Positions 54,801-64,000 of a DNA stretch of 64,000 bases are shown in pieces. A program made the position numbers and the translations under genes. The stretch is from Lingula anatina (lineage: Eukaryota > Animalia > Brachiopoda), in NCBI GenBank assembly GCA_051362555.1, contig CM120644.1, forward strand, positions 23,396,534 through 23,460,533, given 5' to 3'. Position 1 is the first letter of the stretch. Each line of letters starts with the position of its first letter. The notes beneath the pieces are model-generated. The model made no database searches. It was given only the letters and a program-made list of their open reading frames with translations, and was not told the DNA's origin.

Positions 54801-57800
54801 TCAGTTCATTATTTTAGAAGTTATGCTGTTTTTTCACATTTCCTCACATTCAATTCTTAGGCGTGTTAACAGTCTCATTATTGAACTAATAAGATACGTA
54901 AAAGTGTTTGTTTGACATTTCCTGCATCTTTACAACATTGTTAGTTGAATTTTTAAAAATGATGGTAAACTTGTTATCATGTATTGTGTAATAAAGTGTC
55001 AAAAATGGAAATAAACTCATATCATTGCAGTTTGTCAGATGCATTCATCCACTATGTTCAGAATCTCAGAATGGAGGAAGTTGGACATTTAACACTGTTC
55101 TATTGATACTTTTCCCATCTCATCAATTTTCTTCATTGGTCATATAAAAATGGCAGTAAACTGTTTATTTTATTTTATGTTAAAAAAGTGTTAAAAATGG
55201 AAATAAACCCATTTCAGAACAGTGCTGTCTTGTTTACATTTTGGTATTTTTAATATGTGACTTTGAAGTTCCATGGGCCTGAAGACTTTTGCTTGTCACA
55301 TTTTCTGAATAACCATGATACTAATATTTTATAATTAAAAATTGATGGTCATTATGCTGTAAAACATTATGTAATATTCCATCAAAATTTGAAGAAACCC
55401 CTATTTTGGGCACTGCTCCCATGATGACCATTTTAGGAAAATCATGTCACTTACTGTTCTCATACTTACAGGAAAGAAACATGGGACTAAAATACAGCTT
55501 CAGTAGGCAATGCAGTCTGTTTGGTAAATTTTTCTGGCAATTAAACAGTTTTTTGTGAAAATTTAATTTTTCACATATTGGCATTTCCAAGGTGTGACTT
55601 CGAACCTCCACGGGCTTGAAGACCCATGCTAGTCACATTTTGTGAAAATCCATGACACTTATATTTTATTATTAAAAATCAATGGTCATTATGCTGTAAA
55701 GCATTATGTAATGTTGCATCAAAATAGAAGTAAGCGTGAAATTGATATTCAGTTTCATAAATGCTCAAATTACGATAGCACATACAGTATATCCTACGGG
55801 AAGTGAATATCGCTTGGATAAAGTTGTAACTAGGCAGTGCTTTTAATAGACACGAGAAGCAGAAGAACTTCTACAGTATTAAGTGGAGGACTTCAGATCT
55901 TGATAATAATGATGAAATTTTGTGAATTTTCTTACGCTCTCGAATAAACCATACTTCTTTGTCCTGGTTTATTCTGTGAAATCTGGGCATATTGGCGATC
56001 GTTTTAAATGAGAAACTAAGTATTGTCAGTGAAAGTAAGGCACCATTGATATGACTTTTTCACCGGGGCACGTTCGGCCCCGGGGCACGTTCGGCTTTTA
56101 CTCGTATTTTCCACAATTAACACTTTTGGTCCAGCATCGACCCCTTTACGTGTCACTTGATCTATTTAGCGGATTCTACGAAAATAAGGCTTCTGTGGTA
56201 CACTCCGTTCGGAAGGTATGGTGGAAAAACTTATTTTTCACGTGGAGTTGTTATCTAGTTTTTTAAAATTTTTCCTTAACGTGGGGTTATTTCAAACAAC
56301 TAGTGTATGTTAAAATGTTCTTTGTGATTAAAGTTGATGTTATGCGTTTGAACGCTCTGTTGTTTCAAATGTTAGAATGTTTTCCCGTTGGATTAAATGT
56401 GGGGTTTCAATACTGACGTAGTTCAGTTCCTTCATGTTCTGTTATTGATATACTGTTAAAGATGTGCAAAAGAAACAAGGGAGATATTATATACCGACTA
56501 ATTTATGCCGGTATCAAGTTTCAAACAATCTGCTTTAATTTTGAGTGCCCGTACAATGTTCTGCTGTGCTAGTATATGTTGTATAATCCAATCATTCCTC
56601 TGTCACAAAACTACCAAGGTCTTCTAAGTATTGTGGCATACATAACAAGCATCCAGTTTGGTAGTTGCTATGGATTATTAATATGATGTGGAATTCGATA
56701 TTGTCATCAAATGCCATTTTGACACAGTTAAATCCATTCCTGATACCCTTACTGAGGTTAGGAATGCTTTAGTGCTGTATTGAATGCAGTTTTAATTTGT
56801 TGTTTGATGGTCTAGTATGTTATGAACAATACTACCCCCCCTCCAATCAAAAAAGGGATATGTGAATGAATGAATGAAAATGTGAAATGAGTTAATAGAT
56901 AAATACATGAATAAATTACTGTTAAAATGAATTTAGTTTGTCACTAATGAAAATGGGTCAGTTTTTGTCTAAAAGTTTGGACCAGTTTTTGAGCATAAGT
57001 TATTTTTATGAAACATGCCCCTGATGTACTTTTAATAAGAAAAGCTCTCCCAGTCAATTGATTTGTCATCATGACTAATTGGATTGGAGATTGATTAAGC
57101 ATTATGCTGATTGCTTCTGTACTAGAAAGTACCAGGTAAATGCATGCATTAATAGATACTTCCATCATTTCCACTTTCAATTGGCTGCATTGGTCTGTAG
57201 AGCCATTAAAAAGGGTTTAGAATTTAGGGTTATAATTAACGAAAGGCATGCCATTTACATGTTGGACCTTAATATAGGAAGAGCAATTTTCCTAAATATG
57301 TCAAGTTTTTTCCCTTGATATGCCTTTTCCTTAAAAACCATTGAGAAAATTAGATCTGCTAGTCTGTTTTTAAATAGAAGTAAAAAATACACCAAAGCTT
57401 GTAAAATAAGTTTTAGCTCCTAACCCCCAACTTGTACATCCGATGTAAAATTCTTTCATTTTGTGAATTGACATGAAGGAGAGAGCCTGTTTATCAGTCT
57501 ATGTGCTTTGGTCACATGTACTAGAAGCTGGCCATGGAGTGTGTTTGCTCAGGTAATACAGGTGAACTCTGTTGTAATGTAAGCGGAACAAAGGGCACGC
57601 ACCCTCCACTGCATGGAGGGCCATTGTGATGGACAAATCAACAGGAAAATCCTAAGAAAATAAAGGAGTAATAGATGTAGGTGGGGTGACTGTGTGCAAT
57701 ACATAGGTTGTACATGCTGTCATTTCTTCACATTTTTAGCTGTCTGAGATCACAAAGTTGAGGTCTTATTGACGAGAACTTTGACTCGACTCTCAGCTTG

Positions 57801-60460
57801 ATATTTTTTCATGGCATTAATTGTTTATATTATTTGAGAATTCCCAATCGGTCTATTTGGGTGTACAGGTGGGATAAGGTTGATTCAGAAGCTAATACTT
57901 ATACTGACTTTAAATAGTGCGGTTTGTGAAATGAAGATTTTAAATTAAAATGAAAAATCCAGGTTAATAATATATGTACAAGTGCAGGTATTGTATACCA
58001 GGATGAGTCACCCAGTAATAATAACAACACAAACATCCCAGCTCCCATGCTGTGTGTGCCTTTATTATACCCAGCCTCTGATATTATCACCTAATTTAAA
58101 ATGACATTTTTTTCTACCTTCCAGAGAGAAATTTACTGTGGGTCATTAGCCGTCTGTCCACTTCACGAAGGTGGGCCCTTGAAAATCTTGAATATTTGTG
58201 AAGAACTTACAAAGAAGCACAAACAAGTGGAATGACTAATTATATAGAGCAGGTACGTTGTAGGGACTTTGTACAAGCTGGTGAACCTTTGGGACTTGGA
58301 GAAAATGTTGAGTATTTGAGACTTGTTACAGTTGAAGCAGAATGTAGATGGAGTCTCCATGGAACTGTGGGTGGAGTTGTGAAGGCTTAGGTGAACAGCT
58401 GAGCTGTTGACTGTCTAAAAAACTACAGCAGAGAAGGAGAAGTGAGGTTGCCACAGCCAACATCTTCATTGAGGAAGTTTAAGTTTAGGCAACAAAACTA
58501 AGAAGACATGGCGTACCAAGTGGTCACCCCCTCTCATATGATGGGATTGAAGGTAAAATAGTACTTTGTCTCTCTCCCTCTCTCTGTCTCTCTCTGCACA
58601 CCCACACATTAAGTCAACATCACATTTAAGTAAGTGTTTACATAAATGCCAACATTTTCATTATTTTACAGGCACCTTGCATGTTATTCTCATTATTACA
58701 ACAGGCTTTGCACTTAACATGTGTCACCTTGGTACATATTAACACAGTGATCGTTTGTATGTAGTCTACCTGCACTCATCTGTTTGTTCTGCCAGTTCCT
58801 GCTACGTACATGATAAACCTGGTATTTGACCAGTGTTATCTGTGCTAAAGTAATTACTCACTAATCTTTCTGCTTTAATCTCCAAACTGGGGGTAATTTA
58901 CACATGAATTTTTGATAATGAATCCCAGACTGTGTCACAGTAACATAAGGCATCATTTTTGAGTGATTTTTTATGTTCTCGACAATAACCGCAGAGTGCA
59001 GAATGTTGTTTGCCACTCTCAGTATACATTTTAGTGCCTGTTTGAAACTGGAATTATTACTCTGAATTGGCTTTAATTATTCTACTTGTCAATTATTTTT
59101 TCAAGACCAGTCATTTTGAGACACTGACAAAAACCTTTCTTTAACCCAGCTCAGTCTCAGAGTTTTTTTTATCCCTTAATACTCAGGTATATAAATGTCA
59201 AAACTGTTTTGTTTGAAAATATATCACAGTATTTGTTCAAATTTATACATGGTTTTGTCTCACACCTGCAGTCAAATAGACTTACCAGAATTATTTCCCT
59301 AAAGTGCCACAAGTAATTAGATATGACTTAAGATTATTATTGAAATATTTCTAAAGTTAATCCCTGCTAAAGTCCTAATTTATTTAGTGAAATGTCAGTA
59401 AATTGGTCAGAGTGACTTGGAGAAATAGTTGAGAAATGTAGCAGTTACTGTGTTCAAAACATCTCAGTGCCCTGAATTATTGAATATGCTTCATTCTTGG
59501 CCAAAAAAAAAAAAAAGAAAAAAAGGAGTAAATATCTCATTAAACATGAAGATTTGTGCAAGTACTATTGCTATTGAACTGGGAGATTTGATTTTATAGT
59601 TAACTGTAGTATATTTTATTGGTTGATGATAAAAAAGTAAAAAGAATAATTACAACATTTTCATTAAATACTATGGTTTCCAATGAATATGGTAAATATG
59701 CCAGGAAGGCGCAACAAATAAATAAGTGTCTGTCAGCTTTAATTTTTTTTCATCTTCTTCTCTCTCACAGCACAGGGAGCCAGTGTTCAAGACACCTATG
59801 ACTTTCAGTCCTCGTTTGGTAGGAGAGCAGGCAAGACCATCCCCATCCAGAGTTGATGTGTGGAGGGAACAGCTAGGCTTAGATGGTAAGGAAAGGCTAA
59901 ATAAACCTGTACATGTACTGTTATGTCCTTAAAAAGCTTATAATGTTACTTTTGTTTGAGAAAAAATTGATCTTGATAGTCTAACATTGAAATAGAACCA
60001 CATATGTTTTATCACAAATTTCACTGTTTGGAAATTTGTCAATATTTGGGGTTCATATCTTATCAGAGGAGTATAAAAAGTTGTAAAAAGTTCAGTTTAT
60101 CAGTGTGATTTATGCTTTTGGTATGGCTTTATTTTTTCTACTTATTTATCATTTGAAAATACACAATTTATATTTGAATAATTTGATAAAAATGCTATTA
60201 TATTGCTGACATTGTATTTCTCTGTTCTGTGCCCAGATGACCCGTATGGATGTAATGGTCAGCCGGACATGCCCAGCTCTGATGAAGAAGAAGTAGAGCA
60301 GTATCAGCCACAGGGTGAGCAAGTCCACTCAGCCATCTGGGGCTGGTTTTACTGGAAGTCTAAAGTAAGTTTTGGGGCTTACATCTTTGCCTGATAGAGG
60401 ACTAAATTTTTTTTAATAGTATCAGAGATCTGAATGTCCTTTGTCTGTATATCAAGTTTA

Positions 60461-63454
60461 TTGTACCACCAGCGTAGGCGCTGGCGGTACACATGGTTTT
60501 AGTCCCGACCCGCATGTTCCACCGGCTCCGTTGGCTCCGCCGGCTCCTCTGGCTCCGTCGCCATCTCACCATTACCGCTGCTCCTCCTAGACGGTAAGGG
60601 CCTCCGTACCCATCTCTTGGATTTAGGTCACCTATAATCTCAACTCGTTCCACGTAAAATTTGGGCTTTGTCGGTGCTGGGGTCTAGGTGTGGCACTCAT
60701 TACAATACACCCTTGTCCAAAAATGGCAAAATTACATGCTAATTATCTCCCCTACGGAAGGAATTATGGGAAACATTTCTACAGACAGCTTTCCAAAAGT
60801 CATAAGATATCGAAACTGAAAACTGTCTCTAATTCGGGAACCGTTAATGCTAGACATCCATTCTTTTTTGCATTTTGTAGAGCATGTGAAGCCCAACACT
60901 GAACGTGGTCTCTGTTTTTTTTGTATTCCATACGGTTTTCGAGTTACGCTGTATCAAAAAGTACATATTGGTGGTGAAAGCAAAATGTGCAGTACGGTAA
61001 TGGATAATAAATTTTGAACTCCGGAAAAATAAAACATAAGGCTTGGCAAAGCAGACAACTTGTGGTCAAAAATGACATTATTTCATCAAATTTGAACATC
61101 TGGAACTTCAGAGCACCTCCCATTTCAAGAATTTTGACCAAAACGACCTTTTCTTTATTTTAATTAATTTTTTCTGTAGGAAATTTATGGCACATTATGG
61201 TAACTCCACAATTATAACATTTAGTCCCTTATATCTCCAAAACTGGCAGAGATAGGTCCATAGTAACTATTGAAGTTGAATAGGAAGTCATATACTGGCA
61301 ATCTGAATGTGACCTTAAAATTGACCTTTGACCTACTTTTCACCATGAACTGAACTTTGCAAATTTTGCTTCCTTTTTATCTCCAAAACTGGCAGAGATA
61401 GGTCCATAGTTTCTATTGAACTTGAATAGGAAGTCATATACTGGCAATCTTAACGTGACCTTAAAATTGGCCTTTGACCTACTTTTCACCATGAACTGAA
61501 CTTTGCAAATTTTGCTTCCCTTTTATCTCCAAAACTGGCAGAGATAGGTCCATAGTCTCTATTGAAGTTGAATAGGAAGTCATATACTGGCAATCTACAT
61601 GTGACCTTAAAATTGACCTTTGACCTACTTTTCACCATGAACTGAACTTTGCATATTTTGCTTCCCTTTTATCTCCAAAACTGGCAGAGATAGGTCCATA
61701 GTTTCTATTGAACTTGAATAGGAAGTCATATACTGGCAATCTTAACGTGACCTTAAAATTGGCCTTTGACCTACTTTTCACCATGAACTGAACTTTGCAA
61801 ATTTTGCTTCCCTTTTATCTCCAAAACTGGCAGAGATAGGTCCATAGTCTCTATTGAAGTTGAATAGGAAGTCATATACTGGCAATCTACATGTGACCTT
61901 AAAATTGACCTTTGACCTACTTTTCACCATGAACTGAACTTTGCAAATTTTGCTTCCCTTTTATCTCCAAAACTGGCAGAGATAGGTCCATAGTCTCTAT
62001 TGAACTTGAATAGGAAGTCATATACTGGCAATCTACATGTGACCTTAAAATTGACCTTTGACCTACTTTTCACCATGAACTGAACTTTGCAAATTTTGAG
62101 TCCCTTTTATCTCCAAAACTGGCAGAGATAGGTCCATAGTCTCTATTGAAGTTGAATAGGAAGTCATATACTGGCAATCTAAATGTGACCTTAAAATTGA
62201 CCTTTGACCTACTTTTCACCATGAACTGAACTTTGCAAATTTTGCTTCCCTTTTATCTCCAAAGTTACGCTGTATCAAAAAGTACATATTGGTGGTGAAA
62301 GCAAAATGTGCAGTACGGTAATGGATAATAAATTTTGAACTCCGGAAAAATAAAACATAAGGCTTGGCAAAGCAGACAACTTGTGGTCAAAAATGACATT
62401 ATTTCATCAAATTTGAACATCTGGAACTTCAGAGCACCTCCCATTTCAAGAATTTTGACCAAAACGACCTTTTCTTTATTTTAATTAATTTTTTCTGTAG
62501 GAAATTTATGGCACATTATGGTAACTCCAAAATTATAACATTTAGTCCCTTATATCTCCAAAACTGGCAGAGATAGGTCCATAGTTACTATTGAAGTTGA
62601 ATAGGAAGTCATATACTGGCAATCTGAATGTGACCTTAAAATTGACTTTTGACCTACTTTTCACCATGAACTGAACTTTGCAAATTTTGCTTCCCTTTTA
62701 TCTCCAAAACTGGCAGAGATAGGTCCATAGTCTCTATTGAAGTTGAATAGGAAGTAATATACTGGCAATCTATATGTGACCTTAAAATTGACCTTTGGCC
62801 TACTTTTCACCATGAACTGAACTTTGCAAATTTTGAGTCCCTTTTATCTCCAAAACTGGCAGAGATAGGTCCATAGTCTCTATTGAAGTTGAATAGGAAG
62901 TCATATACTGGCAATCTAAAAGTGACCTTAAAATTGACCTTTGACCTACTTTTCACCATGAACTGAACTTTGCATATTTTGCTTCCCCTTTATCTCCAAA
63001 ACTGGCAGAGATAGGTCCATAGTTACTATTGAACGTGAATAGGAAGTCATATACTGGCAATCTAAGTGTGACCTTGAAATTGACCTTTGACCTACTTATT
63101 ATCATGAACTGAACTCTGCTAATTTCTTTCTCTTTTATCTCCAAACCTGGCAGAGGTAGGCCCATAGTTACTATTGAAGTTGAATAGGAAGTCATATACT
63201 GGCAATTTACTGTGACCTTGGAATTGACCTTTGACCTACCTTACGATGAACTTAACTTTGATTGTACCATTTTTAGTTATATATATATTTTTTGCATATT
63301 TTGAAAATTCTTGTTGATTGCATTTTTACAGCTTGTCAAGCACAAGACTGGTGGCTGTGTTCCTTATTTTGTATATGTGGGGGTCTATACAAATGCGCTT
63401 GCTCCAGCTGGTGGTACAATATTCGGAGGCGGTATCGCCTCTCTGATCCTCTAG
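60461..63454 (+). mobile_element. Helentron-type element family A (counterpart of 25629-28549)
   Basis: Same termini. First array has ~7 units instead of ~5; ~235-bp internal deletion at a cata microhomology (~60803). Confidence 0.9.
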
Positions 63455-63871
63455 TTTTTTTTTTTATTTATTGATTTTACAAGTGTCACCACTGTCTCAT
63501 TATCAGTTGTCACAATTGCCCTCCTTCATTGTGACATTATGTCTCTGTCACTGTCACAGACTCTTCATTGTGCCAGAAATGTTTGTCATTTTGTGATTGT
63601 CTTCATTGTGCAACATTGTCCACATTGTGTCATAATTTCCACATTGTTTCATTATGTTCTCATTATGTCACATTGTCTTCATTGTGTAATATTGTCCTCA
63701 TTGTGTCATATTGCCCTCAATTTGTCACACTGGCCTCATGTCACATTGTCCTTATGTCACATTCTCCCCATTGTGTCACTGTGTCCACATTGTGTCACAT
63801 TGACCTCATTGTGTCACACTGTCATCATTATGTCACATTGTCCTCATTGTGTCATATTGCCCTCCTTCCAG

Positions 63872-64000
63872 GGACCCAGTGAGGACCCAGGTATCAACCA
63901 GAGAGGACTGATGGAGCTGTTCAGGGAGACTGCTGACAGGGCTCTGGAGTGGCAGTATGACATCACAGTCAGTATAATGGAGATCTACAATGAAATGATC
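63872..64000 (+). pseudogene. KIFC3: Kinesin-14 motor exon, copy 2 (runs off the window)
   Basis: GPSEDPGINQRGLMELFRETADRALEWQYDITVSIMEIYNEMI. Confidence 0.85.

Overview
AT-rich, intron-containing animal (invertebrate, probably lophotrochozoan-like) genomic DNA. The window holds one complete and one partial copy of a ~40.4-kb near-identical tandem duplication (1-40395 recurs from 40396; copy 2 runs off the window at the position matching ~29098). The complete unit contains: (i) an intact, intronless 446-aa type II membrane DxD protein (GT-A glycosyltransferase-like, - strand); (ii) an internally deleted Mutator-like (Rehavkus-type) element encoding CG-1-like, SWIM, Ulp1 and PHD remnants; (iii) a broken kinesin-14/KIFC3-like gene (putative N-terminal exons plus only three internal motor exons, with no P-loop or DLAGSE exons); (iv) an 8-coding-exon hnRNP C-like gene whose RRM is followed by BCL11/ZFP64-like CCHC and C2H2 zinc fingers and an acidic tail, with a 1-nt frameshift in exon 3. 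Introns and spacers are rich in DNA transposons: a pogo/DDE_1-like TA-TSD element, non-autonomous Helentron-type (HINE/DINE-1-like) elements with a 146-bp internal satellite, an Academ-like foldback element and Harbinger-like MITEs. Comparing the two copies exposes empty insertion sites and apparent excision footprints (TAGGCCTA, TACATGTA, TACTGTA). All family assignments are from motif recognition by eye, not database searches.
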